From NCBI GenBank assembly GCA_010015585.1, contig ML975155.1: a stretch of DNA of 64,000 nucleotides. One strand, written 5' to 3'. This stretch comes from Eremomyces bilateralis CBS 781.70 (taxonomy: Eukaryota). Below are positions 38,208-52,219 of the stretch, piece after piece (the stretch's first letter is position 1; every line of letters starts with the position of its first letter). Under the pieces are notes generated by a model that worked only from the letters and a program-made list of their open reading frames with translations, made no database searches and had not been told where the DNA came from. The position numbers and the translations under genes were made by a program.

Positions 38208-40467
38208 ATGGACTCGTCACGCACCCATCGACGCGTCCCCCCGGCCCAGAACTCCACCGCCCAAGCGATTCAGAATACATACGCTCCCGGAGCGTACGAC
38301 GAGGTTGTCAACGCCGACATGGATCCGCCGTGGGACAGTATGGCCACAGACTATAACCACTTTGGGCAGAATGGGTACGGTAGTCTTATGGGCTACCCGA
38401 ACCTGCAGAACCCCGCGGCATACGCAATGCCGGCCCAAATAGGTCGGCCCGAGAGCCCGTCGACGACAATGGTCCGTCGCAACCAGCAGCAGCAGTTAGC
38501 TCGGGCCCGAGCTGGACAGTTGAGGGAGTACGACGGCGTCCAGGGGAACGATGCTCACGATGTCACCGCGGAGACTGAGGAAGAAGCTCTGGCTAGAGCG
38601 AGGAAGGTCAAGGACGAGGCGCAAGCTCAGAGGAAGTCGCTGGTTCCTTTCGTTCAGAAGCTACTCAGGTAAGCCAGTGATTTTCCATTCGCGCTCTTCG
38701 ACGATGCTAATGATGTGTAGCTTCCTGCAGACGAGCGAGTGGATCCAGCTCATCCACTGGACGAAGGACGGGAAAGCATTTGTTATTACCGATGATGAAG
38801 CTTTCGCTAAGGACGTCATACCCAGGATGTTCAAACATAACAATTACCCATCCTTCGTCCGTCAACTGAATATGTACGGATTCCACAAGCGAGTCGGCCT
38901 CGACGAAGGTAGCTTCCACGCGAACGAGCACGGTGTTCGGATGCCGCACACCTATGAGCACAAGTACTTCCAGCGCGATAAGCCTGAGCTTGCGTGGTTG
39001 ATCTCTAAACCTCCGCCCAAGTCCATGACCACGGGCAAGAGAGACACGAAGAGGAAGCGGTTGGCGACAGATGCGGACGTCGATGCTTCTGAAGATGACG
39101 TGGAAGACGGCATGCCGAAGGACGATAACATCTCAATCCCCAGATCTGAGATTGTCGGCATGCGTAAGGACTTGTCGGAGTACCGGCAATCAAGCCAGAC
39201 CATTTCTATGGTCATCGCCGAACTCAGGGAGAACAAGAACTTAAATAAGGCCTTGTCACAGCGAGTCCTCCATCTCGAGGAGCAGAATCGCAAGCAAGCT
39301 CACGTCCTCAACTCCATCCTCCAGTTCCTCCAGCTCTATGCCAAGAAGGATACGGCTCCCAACCTGACCCAGACTCAAGGCTACGGTCCCATCTCTCCGC
39401 GCCAGAACAATTCGACTATGCCCGGTCAAGTGGTGAATCTGGAAGACATGAATATCGCGGACATCGGCGCTGCGCTGATGCGAGCCAACCCGGGAGCCTC
39501 AGCGGGGGCACGTGGTCGACGACCTTTCGCCCTGCTGCCTCCCCCCGAAGCGACCAACGACTTCGGCATCGGGTCTGTCCCTGCCAGCGCCGATGCAGCC
39601 ACCAGCTCGCATTTCCAGAACGCACCGGCGAACAATGCGAATAATGCGAACAGTCTGTTCGGGAACCCCGATGGCATCGCAGCCTTCAACAACATTACCG
39701 CCGCCCCGTCTCCGCCGTCACCCCAAACTGTGGTCGATTCGACTTCTCCATCCATGCGGCCCAGTTCTCCCCTCACCATGAACGGCAGCACCCCTCGCGT
39801 CCCGTCCGACCCTCCTCGCCCTTCGCAGCCGATGACGACCGCCGCTCACCCGTCTACCGCCACGAGCGAACGCACCTCCGTCTCTTCCCGCTCCACGCAG
39901 CAGCCTCAGCAGGCACGCAACCAGATACAACAAACACAGGAACAACGGCAACCCGCTCAACCCATCGCCTCTACTGCTTCTCGCGCCTCTCCCCCCGCGA
40001 ACCTTCCCTTCCGCGCACCAAGCCCGCTCTTCGAACTTGGCAACCTCCCACCCACCGAACAATTCACGCAGCTCTCGTCGCACCTTGACAACCAAGACGA
40101 ACGCGTGCGCCACCTGCTCTCCCGCGTCGGCTCCTACTCCCCCGGCGGCCGCCTGAACGGCATTCAAGGCTGGGAAGGCGGTGGTACGACCCCAACGAGT
40201 GCTAGCGGAGCTAACCCCGCGGTCGACGACGATCTCAGTCGCTGGCTTGTCGACGGACATGGTCCCGATGGTGCGGATTACTTCGGAAGTGGGATCGGCG
40301 ACGTCGGGATCGGGGACCATGGGAAGGAGTTGGAGATGGACTTCGATCTGTCGGCAATGGATACGGGGGATGGGGAGGAGTTGTTTGGGGATGTGGATGG
40401 GGAAGGAGGGAAGGTTGTGGGGAGTGTTGAGAGTAGTGTGAATTCCCCTGCGGACGCTGCGGTGTGA
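38208..40467 (+). CDS. HSF1: Heat shock transcription factor; intron 38669-38720
   Basis: HSF DNA-binding domain PFVQKL.SFL...LIHW..DG..F...FKHNNYPSFVRQLNMYGFHK, then a heptad coiled coil and a long Pro/Ser/Gln-rich tail. Confidence 0.88.
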
Positions 40468-41732
40468 ACTCGCCCGCCGACGCCGAGGAGAAGGCGTGAA
40501 CAGGATAGGTCGCAGTCATGACAGGATGGGTCACAGCGTCGATGAAGTCATGAAGACCTGGAGTTGATGCGATGTCCTAGTTGCCTCTCTGTTTTCGAGA
40601 GGGTATAAGGGCGGGATAGGTATTCCCCATAGGTATTCCCCATAGCAACGATTATGAGACATGATAAACATGCATATCACCAAAAAGTCAATACATGATT
40701 ACCGACAAGATTGTCTCTCTCCTTTTGCCTAGATAGAAGTGATACTCCTAAGCTAACTAAAACCATTGCGGCATTCCTTCGCACTACCAGTATTTATGAT
40801 ATGCCCTCGAGGAGGGGAATCGCCGGGGCGTCACTTTTGATATCCTTCTCAAGCCCAAGTGGGACGGTCACATCGACCTACTCAGCCAAATGTGAAAGTG
40901 ATAATTCTATATCTTTAGAAAGGGGATTGGCGAATTCTCCGCTATTATCACTTTCGTCTACTTCTAAGTGAATGCAGTGTCGAGTAATGGCACCTGACTG
41001 AAATCTGATAAAAATCCGAGCGTGGTGGATTTAAGGATGGAATGGATAAACTTCGGCTATATATTTCCCAGTCAGGCTTAGCGCAAACCTGCACGTGCAC
41101 CAACATCCCTGCCCTTCCATTGGCGCGCCATCCAAGTCATTCTGTACAGCTCCAGTTCCAACCTCATCCCTCACCCTCCTCTATCACCGCCACGTCCACC
41201 TGCATCCCATCCTGGATTCCCTTGGATTCAATCCAGTTTTCCCACTCTCCGCTCACCACTCTCTTCAATCGTTTGGTCTGCTCGGATTCCACTTCGCTTT
41301 ACTCGCTGCTAGCGTTTTAATACCCCCCCTTTTGCCGACATATTGCTAGGAAGTTTCGGCGCGTGTGGACAGCTCGAGGAAATCCCCTTTCGGAGTAGAT
41401 GGTGGATGACGAGTGACGCTGCGCGACGCAGACCGCGACAACAACACACGGGACATTGGCTCCGGTGCAAAACGCCGCTCCAGCCTCTTTCTTTCGTTCT
41501 CCCTCCGCTCGGTCCCATCTCTCCCGACCACTCGATCCCTCCGCATCCCGCCTCGACTTCTCGACATCCCTATCATAGCTCCGTACACGGTACCCACGAT
41601 TATCTCGTCAGCTGGCGGTAACACCATTATTGTTTCCACGAAGCATATCCATATCCACGCGACTGCTTGGCCAGCGGACACTGGAGCTGCGCGACCATTA
41701 CTACGGCGGTTCCCGAAGTGTTGGGAGATTGA

Positions 41733-44539
41733 ATGGTGTGGAGGTCGCCGAACCTCGGCGCGATGAATAATGGAGGTGCGGGCGTCGGTGGAGGCCCTGG
41801 GGGGCCGCAGGAGGGCGGACAGGTGGGGACGGAGTATACATTGCAAGGTGAGGAAAATCTCGTTGGTTCCGGGGTAGGATGTGGATAGCTGTAGAGAGCT
41901 TCGGGATTGGAATCGAGCAATCTCTGTTCAATCACCGTAACGGAAGCTTGGAGTGACAGGAGCTAACGATTGATTTTTTAGGCGTCATGCGTTTCCTTCA
42001 GATCGAATGGCATAACCACGAGCGAGCGCGCAACGCGTGGGACATCGAGCGAGCGGAGATGAAGGCCAAGATCGCGAAGCAGGAAGGCGATGTACGCAAT
42101 GCGAAGAAGCTCAATGAGCAGTTGGACAAGCAGATTCGCATGTTGGAACGAGCCCTGAAAGCCGAGCGAGCGAAATCGAAAGCCGCAGCGTCCGGGGAGA
42201 AACTAGCGGATAGCAAGGGGGAAGTGAAGGTTGATGTGAAGGGTAAATCGGTAGCGAAGAGCGAAGTAAAGGGTAAGTTTCTGCGCTTCCATCACGGTAC
42301 TACTCCAGGGAAAATGTTGAACGTAATTGTAGCTCCCGAAAAGCCCCCAGGTTCATTCCTCGAACTAGAGGGCGACAGAGAATCCTCCGATCAAGACAAA
42401 GACTCGAAAGACAAATCCCATGTATACCTACAGAAAACCGTGGAAGAAGTCACCTACCTCCTCACCCCTCCGGCTCAACCTCCGCAATCGCAGCAGATTC
42501 AGGCCTTGGCAAATTCGACCGGATTTATGAGTCAACCAGGCGACCTGCCCTTATCATTAGAAGAAGTGTACATGCAGCAACGAGCCAAGCAGCAGCAGCA
42601 GCAGCAGCAAGGTTCGATGCTTGGACACCCCTCTGCTGCCCCAAATCATCAGCCACCTCCTCTTCCTTCGAACAATGAACATTCAACTGGCCCGAGGTCA
42701 GGGCATCCGCAACAACAATCTGCGTTCATGACACGCGGAGTTCCGAGTCAAATGCCTCTCCCGCAACAACCACCATCGACAGCCCATCATCTGGATAACC
42801 GCGGACCCTACCCCGAACACGCCGATGAAAACGTGGAGCGGATCACGCACACGTACGATAACATGGGACGACCGATATCTGCACAAGAAGAATCCAACCT
42901 ATCTTTTGGTGGTTCTCGACTGATGAACGACGAACCCGACGGATGGAATTTCGAGGACAACCCCCTCGCCGATCAAACCAGCGAAACACTTCCCCGCCGA
43001 AGACCGGACCAAGATCTCTTCCCAAGCGCCAACAACATCCCCATGCGATCTCCTCCCCGCTCCACCGTCTCCCATCGAAGAAAGAGCTCCGGCTCCACCG
43101 CCATGGTCCGCCGACGTAGCGAAGGCATCGAAACCAACCCCTCCACTCAATCCGCCAGACAAGACCCTGCCAACTTCAAAGTCCGCTTTGCCCTCCGCGG
43201 TCACCTCGATGTGGTCCGCTCCGTCATATTCACCGGCGGCGGCAGCCCGTCCGAACCGGAGATCTGCACCGCCGGCGACGACGGCATGATCAAGCGATGG
43301 ATCATCCCAGCCAGCTACCCCAGTTCACTGAATCACAAGCAAGAAGTCAACGACCTCGACATCCAATCCTACTTCACCCACCGCGGTCACGACGGGGCCG
43401 TCACCTCACTCGCCGCCTGCCCCGTCTCCGCCTCCTTCTCCACCGGCGGCCGCGCCTCCGGCGACGGCTGGATCTTCTCTGGCGGCCAGGACGCATCCGT
43501 CCGCGTCTGGGAGCGCGGCCGGGTCGACCCCAAAGCCACCCTCGAGGGCCACACCGACGCCGTCTGGACCGTCTGCGTCCTCCCTGCCACCTGCGGTGCC
43601 ATCTTCGGCCCCGACAGCGCCAATCTCGGCGGCCCCGACCGCGTGCTTCTCGCCTCCGGCTCCGCCGACGGTACGGTGAAGATCTGGGCCGTCAGCGCGC
43701 CGCCGCAGCTCGCATCTCCGCAAGCGGGGTCGCGACGAGGAGCCCCAGGCACGCGGCGTCACTCAGTGACGTCCGGGTCGAATTACCCGTCGTCGCCGCA
43801 GCCGAGCATCGCGACGAACACGCCGTTCCACTATACTTTGGTGCACTCGATATCGCGGGCGGGGGCAGCGAGCCCGACGTGCATCGCGCCGCTGTCTCCC
43901 ACGGGGGAGACGTTCGTGGTGGCGTACGCGGACGCGAGTATCCTGATCTACGACACGCGGACGGGCGAGGAGGTGATCGGAATGGCGAGCGCAGAGACGT
44001 ACGACGGGACGGTGGCGACGGGGGTGAATGCGGTAGTGGCGATCGCGACGTCGCAGGAGGGGTTGGGCGGGGAAGGGGGGCGGGGGAGTTTGGGGATGGG
44101 GGAGGATGAAGGGCTGCATGGGGCGACGGGGAGCTCGAGTCAGGGGGGCGTGGAGGGGGTGATTATTAGTGGACATGAGGATCGGTTTATTCGGTTCTTC
44201 GATGCGAATAGCGGTATGTTTCCCATCTATCCTTCCCAACCTATTTTTCCGCACGAAACCCATACTAACACCTCCCCAGGCCAATGCACCTACTCCATGC
44301 TCGCCCACCCCTCCGCCATCTCCTCCCTCTCTCTCTCCAAAGACGGCCGCGAAGCCGTCTCCGCCGGCCACGACGCCAGCATCCGCTTCTGGAGCCTCGA
44401 GAAGCGCATCTGCACCCAGGAGATCACCAGCCACCGCATCATGCGCGGCGAGGGGGTCTGCAGCGTCGTATGGAGCCAGGACGGGCGGTTGGTGGTTAGC
44501 GCGGGCGGAGATGGCGTGGTGAAGGTGTTTGCGCGGTGA
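41733..44539 (+). CDS. PRO11: Striatin (STRIPAK scaffold; Pro11/StrA/Far8); introns 41848-41981, 42273-42332, 44214-44279
   Basis: [36 protein letters not shown] striatin domain, coiled coil and C-terminal WD40 repeats. Confidence 0.93.
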
Positions 44540-45583
44540 AAGGCGGAAAAGCACTCAACTCGACGGGCAAGCGGCTGGCTAGATCGCTAGCCAGCAAGTA
44601 TCGTGGGCAAGGCGAGGTCTTTCTCGAAGGGGTAATGTTTGATCGGCCGTGGAGAGTACTGCTGGATGTGCAAGGCATGCGGCTCCGCGGTGGACGAGAT
44701 ATGGATGCATGGATGGCTGGATGGATAGATGGATGGGATTCGAGGGCATTTCGCTCCGCGTGCGGATTCGAAACGGCGTGCACTACATGCGAAGCTAGAC
44801 TTGGTCGTTAAAATGGAGTGATATCTCGCGCCTGGTTGCTCATGTAGACTGGGCTAGGTGCAATTCGAGAGGCTCGGGAATAGGGTATTGTGTTCGATTA
44901 TTCAATTCTTGTACGCTAGTTTCAATCAACTCCTTCCCCCCAAGGCTCGATGTGGTGTACCATAAGGTTCTGAACACGGATCTTTGAACCGAACAATTGT
45001 GCTAGTAAAAGCGACAACGCACAAAACAGAGCCTGGGTTAAAGGAGTTGATTGGAACTCAAGTATTTCTTCTTCTAACTCGGCTTTCTCCGTTCTTTTAC
45101 CCGCCTTGGTCGATGATCAGAAGGCGTTTGCCTGACTTGCTATGTTTTCCGTGCTTCGGTGCTTGTCAAGTCCGAAGCACGGACAATCGTCCTCGCGCCC
45201 CCAAGGGAAAGATCATATGGGCACTTTCGAGGCGAACAACTGGAGAAATCTCCGTAATGCATCCGCGAAGCGTGGGCACGCATCGTTTCTCTCCTCAGTC
45301 TCTTCCAAATATAGGTGTCGCGGTTCAAGATCATGGGCGCTGGTGGAGGTCACCATCCTCTCCTCATTTGGCAAACCTGCGTTAGGGGGACGGATCGGTT
45401 GATCTTTGCGATGGTGAGGCGCACAATGGTGCAAAATGTAGATGTTCGATGAGGTTTGTCTGTTGTGGAATCTATGGTGTACCTTACTGTCACTACCCAT
45501 TTGCACGCAACATCTAGAGAACGCATCAAAGGCACAGCATCCCGGTCGCCCAACGCGATGACCAGCACCTAGCATTGGCGTTT

Positions 45584-46689
45584 TCAATCTAAGGCTATAT
45601 ACATAATGGCGATCCCCATTACCGCCGCCAGGCCCCCGCTATCCCCATGGTTATGCATGGGCGCATGCTTGTCCAGGTCATAGTTGGCCTCAATGCGGAG
45701 CTTGTCGCCCTGCTTGACCGGCCCTATGTTCGTGCATCCGCTCATCGTCGCGATGTGCGCGTCTCCATCGTGGCCGTCTGACATGGCCATGCCACCCATT
45801 GTAGTAGTGCTGTAGGTCGCTTGCGAGTCGCAGATCACCTTGTCGTTCAGGTAGACGTTGACATTGACGCCGCCGTCGTGGAGATGGCCGGCTGGGAGCA
45901 TGGTTAGCTTTGAGTTTCAATCGCCCCCACATCCCAGGGCTCCTTACCTGTGCCCAACATCTGCCCATTCGCCGGGATCGTAAACGCGTCGCTCTTCAAC
46001 GTAAAGACCTGCTTATTCGCCGGCGGCGCCACCGAGCTCACTCCGCAATTCGTCACATCCATCCACAGCGCCTTCGTCTGCTTGAACCCGGCCGTCGCCG
46101 CCTTGGGCAGAAACTCCCACTCCACCGTGAAATACACCGTCTGCTCCTGCGGCTTCATGTTCATCAGTTCCACCTGCATGTTGATCCGATCTGCCGCCGC
46201 GATGGGATACATCGCCTTCAGGGTCTGCGTCTCCACGTCACCGAACATTGTGGGCGACCGCTCGTTGCCGCTGCTGAAGAACCGCTCCCCCAGCATGCTG
46301 AGCACACCGGACGGGCACACGACATCGCGCTTCCCCGTGCCAGACATCAGCATGACGACGTGGTGTAGCCACGCCCCCGTGCCGACGTCGGCGGGCGAGC
46401 CGTCCGCGTACTCCAGCCCCGCCTGCGCGGCGGTGAGGCCGCAGTCGGTGCACGGTTTGCGGAGGTTGGTGCGGATGGTAGACATGGTGCCGGATTCGCC
46501 GATTACGGAGCGTTGCTCGGAGCTGGGGAGCTGGAAGGGGCCATAGCGGATCTTGACGCGCTGGGAGTCGGGGAAGTATTTGGCCGGGAGGGACTGCACT
46601 TCGGCGGCGGTTTGGCGGGGTTCCAGGGCGGGGATGGCGGTGGCGGAGGCGCTGATGGCCAGCGAGAGGAGGGGAAGGAAGGACTTCAT
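45584..46689 (-). CDS. Secreted protein of unknown function with copper-monooxygenase-like His/Met motifs; intron 45892-45947
   Basis: Signal peptide MKSFLPLLSLAISASATA; strong C-ending codon bias; in-frame splice GT/AGHLHDGG; motifs WLHHVVM, SGNERS, GHLHDGG, VMGIAIMY. Confidence 0.85.
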
Positions 46690-49600
46690 GGTGAACGGGC
46701 AATGACTGACAAGAAGACGAAAAGAGGTGGAGATCTCAACTGGACTCTAATGTCTAGCCGACTCCGCTCGGACTTATACATCTCAAGGAGGGCTTCTGAC
46801 ATGACGATTTTGCCGATTCGCGAATTTGACTTAATGAAATGCATTCTCTTATGCCCGTCGCCATATATTGGCGGCTCATTGCCGACGACGGCTCCTACAT
46901 TCCGAGCTATATTGATATCACGGCCTCCAAGTAGATGAGATTCATCGGCCAGATGCCAGCGTCCATTTGGGCTCTTCACCAGTCATCATATGTGGTTAGA
47001 GACCTAATCACGAGGTTCAATCTACGTTGTAGGGCATATTTTCGAAAACCTATGATGATACGCCAAAATGATATGATCGCTCGGATGTTAATCTAATGTC
47101 ATCTGTCGGCATCTGGGGATAGAAAGTCGAGGTTAGATTAAGCTCTCCCGCTAGTGGCGGCTCCACCAACGGGGAAGCCTTGACGACGCCTCATCTCTTC
47201 TCACCCAAGACTCCGGACTCCTCTTCCTCTTGATAACCAAATGGCAGTTAGGGCCTTCATTTCGGCAGATCACACGCGCTGCCTTTCTACAGGAAAGAAG
47301 TCTTCGTCTTACTAATGTAAGAATCCATGGATGAGATGTAAGAGATGCTACCCTGGAAGCCTGCACGAGGGGCTGGAACGTTAGGTTTGGTTGAGACGGA
47401 AGTACACGTGCGTACCCAGTATGCTCCTTTCCGATCCAGTACGACCTTCCTCTCCTTCGACTCAGGCCTAGTTGTCTTTGGGTCCGAATTCTATGAGGAG
47501 TTCACCTACACTGACAAGTTCCTCATGGCTGTCAGTTGCTTGCGAAATCGTGTCATCAGTTTCATTCTTTGAATACGTGGAGCAACCACGGATGAAGCAA
47601 AGGATGAATTTCCCTCACCGTCTGATTCCCACACTCTTGTCGTTGGCCAATTTCAGCCTTGTGCAGTGTATGTGCAACCTACTTCGCGGCCCAACACGTC
47701 TGCAGCTGTGTACCTACTTCTCACTACTCTGCGTTTCATCCGTTTGCTAGTCTACACTAGTGGACTCTATGTTACCTACGGAATGCTTTGACTTTCTATC
47801 AACGAACCGCTTAAGCAGTCTTCCCAGCGGTCTGTTCGTCTAGACTAGTGTTCGTGGTCGTGGAATTGGTTATATATATCTTCCGTTTCATCAATTCAGA
47901 GTCGATCACCTTCAACTTTCATATATATCTCCATGTCAACCTTTTCGTTATATATATCCGAATCAGAGAGGGAGCCCTTCCTCTTTTGGCGTCCGTACAC
48001 TCATACCACATTATTCCGACCCATCTCAACCACACAAAGATGGAGCGATTCATATCGTCCGATATACGAAAGCGACATCAAGTTTTGAACTTTGCTACGC
48101 TACCGGAAAGTATATGATCCTTTGATGCCCCTTTCTGACAACGGTTGGGGAACGTGCAAACGCACTGATATATAGCATCGAAGAACTGGATTGAAAGGCT
48201 CGAAGTCGCGAATGTGTATTGGTCGCAGACTCTCGAATCATATATATACACTAGAGAAGGTACCTTGAATGTCAGGGTTTTATATATCGGACTCTGTGAT
48301 GGATCAGAGGTCTATCGACCTGGATGCCTTGTGGCCTTGTGGCCCGTTCGGTTTGCTCTGTAAACACCAGAACAGATAAACGCCTCGCACACCTTAGATA
48401 GATTCCTCCTTCATAGCAACAATTCAATGTTTGCCTCACGATTGGAGATTCCCGACAGGGAGACTCTTACAGACTCTATGGGAGGTGTCTGGGGAAGGAC
48501 ATCCACCTTGACCTACAAGCCATCATAGCACTTCTCACGGACCTCGAGGAAATGTCACTGCTTCCCTCGCATTCGTGCTCTAGCTGAGATGTGAGAATGT
48601 ACGAGTGGAGGTTCGTACGCTGCCATCGGCGATGAGATTGGATAGGTGCGGTGTGCTAACGAATTTCTAGTGGTAGGATACGCGATGACTGTCCCTGCAG
48701 CCGATAAGCGGAGGTGGAGTACCAGAAAGCGCTCCGATTGGCAGAGTGACCCTCTTATTCGTGACTACGATAGGGTTTGGCATGTTCCAGCCGTGTGTTG
48801 TCAAAGGTGGTATCATGATTGTGTCTATATATAATGTGGCGACCTCCTTCCCGGATGTCGGAGGGTCTCGCATGGACGGACTTGCCCGGACGCACTCGCC
48901 TGACTAGACGGGCGGACTGGGCAGTTCATTTGACCATGGCCTAGATGACACTGCCGGAGAACATAGGAAGGAAAGTTATCGGATGGCGGACATGGTTTCT
49001 AAACGAAGGTAACATCCCCTAAGGATAAGCAAGCACTTTTCGTAGCAATCATAACATAATTCGAACCTCAAGGTAGGCCTTTCTCGGCCTATCGTGTCCA
49101 ATCATTCGTTGTGACAAGAGACCATCCATTCTATTGAGACGTACCGCATCTGTCCACACTTCCAAGAGCTCATCCACGTCTTCTTCAGCAGCTCGCCTGA
49201 GATCAATGTCATTGGATGACATAAGCGATTGGATTATGGTATGATAAGGGAGATGCCACCCGCACCAACGACGAATCCCTTTTTGAAGATTAAGAGCGGG
49301 ACTGAGTCAACTAGGGTTATTGCAGGACGTCAACAAGCAGGACAGCGCAGCCATCTCAACTCAATTTATTTGCAAGCTCCTTCAGACTGTCCGCCTAGAT
49401 GCTGGCGCGCACTGAACTACCAACCCACGGGCTGAATCAAAATGCTCAATGTGTCCAACAACACCGATCATGAAACAACGACGAGCATGCTGACTGACTG
49501 CAGCGGTTACTCATAGCGATAGATTTCATCCTATTCTCATTGATACACTATGATAACATTCTTACAATGAGTGCCTGTTCTTTTAAGCGCTTAAAGTCTA

Positions 49601-50291
49601 ACCTCGTCGAGGTCACGAATCCAGCTGTTGTCACCCCCTTATTCGGTTTACTAACTCCTGTTTGGAGCCTCCAGTAGCCGAGCAATCAAGGTCTTATTTC
49701 AACAGTTACCAGCACCCTTATACCATGCTATACTTGGACCTGCTATCGCACCTGCTATTCCGAACACTTGATTCTATTAAAGTTAGAATGGTGACGACGG
49801 TAATAACAGCTCACAAACCCCTTGGTCAAATCCAGCTTCCTTAAAGAACTTCTCATGGCACTTCGTGAGCAGGCATGAAACAACACTGCTGGCTAGCTGG
49901 GAGTGAATATGGGCTCAAACTTCGGGGGCAAGAGGATAGCAGGAAGGCTTGAAAGAGGAACACGGAAGCAAAGGATCCGAGGTTGACGTCGAAACTTCAT
50001 CAGTCAATCGTGATAGACTAGACGTGTGGCAGCGGGCACTAATTCATCTGCTAATATGTATTCTAACTCCAGTCAGGACAAGGGTGCTCCGTTGGTCTGC
50101 GATGTATATAGCGATTAAAAGTTGGATCTTATATCTTCCATACAGATGCTGCTTCACCGTTCGCAGATGTCATTTCTTTCGCTAATTAGATTCCATTGTT
50201 ACAGGCAGCAAAGGCAACCATGCTTTTCCCGACGTCCTACAACCCACTAAATCCCGGCAAACCTCTCACAAAGCAGTCCACAGACGGGTTT

Positions 50292-50846
50292 TTATGCCTT
50301 CTCCAAAAGCTTCGCTGCATCCATGTTCAAATTGTACCGACAGAACATACCAACCTTCACTTTCATGCTCGATATATTCTCCTCCGTCTTGTTGTTGATA
50401 GCATGCAGAGTCGAAAGCTTCTTCTGCTCTCCTTCCTCACTCCAGGACTTTCGTAACCGATACTTCTCAGGACTTAGCCACCATTCTTTTCGGGAATCAT
50501 CCATGAACTCCAATGTGAGGAGGATGGCCTCAACTGTGGAGTGTAGTTGAGGTCTTGGTTCGTCTACATGACTATTTTCGGAACTCGCATTCATTTCGTC
50601 GTCCTCAGGATTTGGAACTCCAGTATTCTTGCGAAATCTCCCGTATTCGTCATGTGCCGTCATAATGAGAGGACGAAGTTCGGTGACAAGTGGCTCCAGC
50701 GGCTTTGGCTATGGACAGTTAGCTTTAATTCGAGAGTTCGGAGTCTCTGGAAGGGTAGATCTGTACCCATTTCTGGTTATCAGCAATGGCGCTGAGGCTA
50801 CACAGCTGGCACATGGTGTCGATTGGAATCGCTTCTAGTAAATATC
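50292..50846 (-). CDS. Hypothetical protein or gene relic; predicted intron 50709-50766; 5' end unresolved
   Basis: A GT...GCTAAC...TAG intron joins IDTMCQLCSLSAIADNQKW in frame to PKPLEPLVTELRPLIMTAHDEY...KEWWLSPE..KLSTLHAINNKT. Confidence 0.45.
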
Positions 50847-52219
50847 TGAGAATTGGCCACCTGCGTCAGAAGCGTCTTGGATGTCAAGGAAATATCTGAA
50901 AACGCGATGTGTGTCATGGATAAAAGGATAAAATTATCGGTTTCCAAATTCTGGGGACACGCGGACGCATCGATCAAAGTAATAGTATGAAGGTGAAGGG
51001 AAAACCAGCTGAAATTCTATACAGTAGAGGCTCATGTATCTATGACAATGCATTCATGTCGATAAACTTCCCAGCTCTTTCGGTTCCCATAAAACATGTG
51101 CGATGTGTTCAGTCTCCTAGTGTTGATTGCAAACGGTAGGAGAGGACAACGAGATTCATATATAACCAACCTTTTTGATAGTTACGCAAATTAGTTAACT
51201 AGCAGCCAAGCTTTTGTAATAGTTATAGGCATATGGGTTTTCCCGCCAGCGTGCACGGCACCACTCCTTGCACGGTCCACCGCCTCATAAGAGCTCGCGA
51301 TGGGCACTCGGCTTTGAAGCCATTCGCGCCCATACAATATGGAGATTTAGAAAAAATTGTGGTTGTGAGATTCTGAGATACTATAAGCTTATTTAGGGCC
51401 TAAATCGAAGCCCTTAAGATACCGTGGTGGCCGGGAAATGCGGCCTCGCCGCGTCTGAGACTGCTGGTTCACTGATGTCGAGCCAAACACGCAGCATAGA
51501 CTGGACATATTCTGAATCTAGTGTATCCATTCCTGATGATTTCGATGGTTCCAAGCATCTTTGATCGCTAGATGCAAGATCCACGGGAGATGTTAACCTA
51601 TCAATGCACCTATCATATATGACCTTGACCCTCACACTTCCTCGTGAGATGCTCTCCACATCCACCCCCTCCCCAACCGTCGAACCCCCGATGTCGTAAC
51701 AGCAGCTAGCGACCATATCCCATCAAAATCATGGACCCATACCAGTCATTCCACCTCACATAACTTCTTCCATGACAACCCATTTTCGAGCAACGACACC
51801 AGTCCGAAAAGCACGAAAAGACAGCGAACAAAAAAGATGGCGCCGAGCCGAGAGGAGATCTGGAGACAACGTTCCGCCCAACACCGAAGGGATGACAGAA
51901 CGCCGAGAAATTCCGGGGAAGGAAAAGTCCAGAAAACAATCCAGCGGGGATGCGCGGGGAAGGAGGCGGAAACGGCGGCATCGGGGACAGACGAGAAGTA
52001 AATCGGAAAAGGAGAGCAGAAATCCAGATGCGCAGGGCAACTCGGCGCGCAAGAACCACGACAGGAACCCCTTCGGTCGGAAACGAAAGGAAGGCACACC
52101 GGCCGGATTAGAAGCGAAGAAGAAAAAGATCACCGGGTCCGTTCTCCAGCCCAGGGACAAGAATCCACCCACCCCAAACCAGCTCGGTACGCTTCTGCCA
52201 ACCCCGTCCCACCGCTTCC

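Noticed and set aside
43297..44554. Long overlapping and antisense ORFs in GC-rich genes (also at 18-19, 22-23 and 46 kb)
   Set aside because: Expected shadow ORFs arising from high third-position GC.
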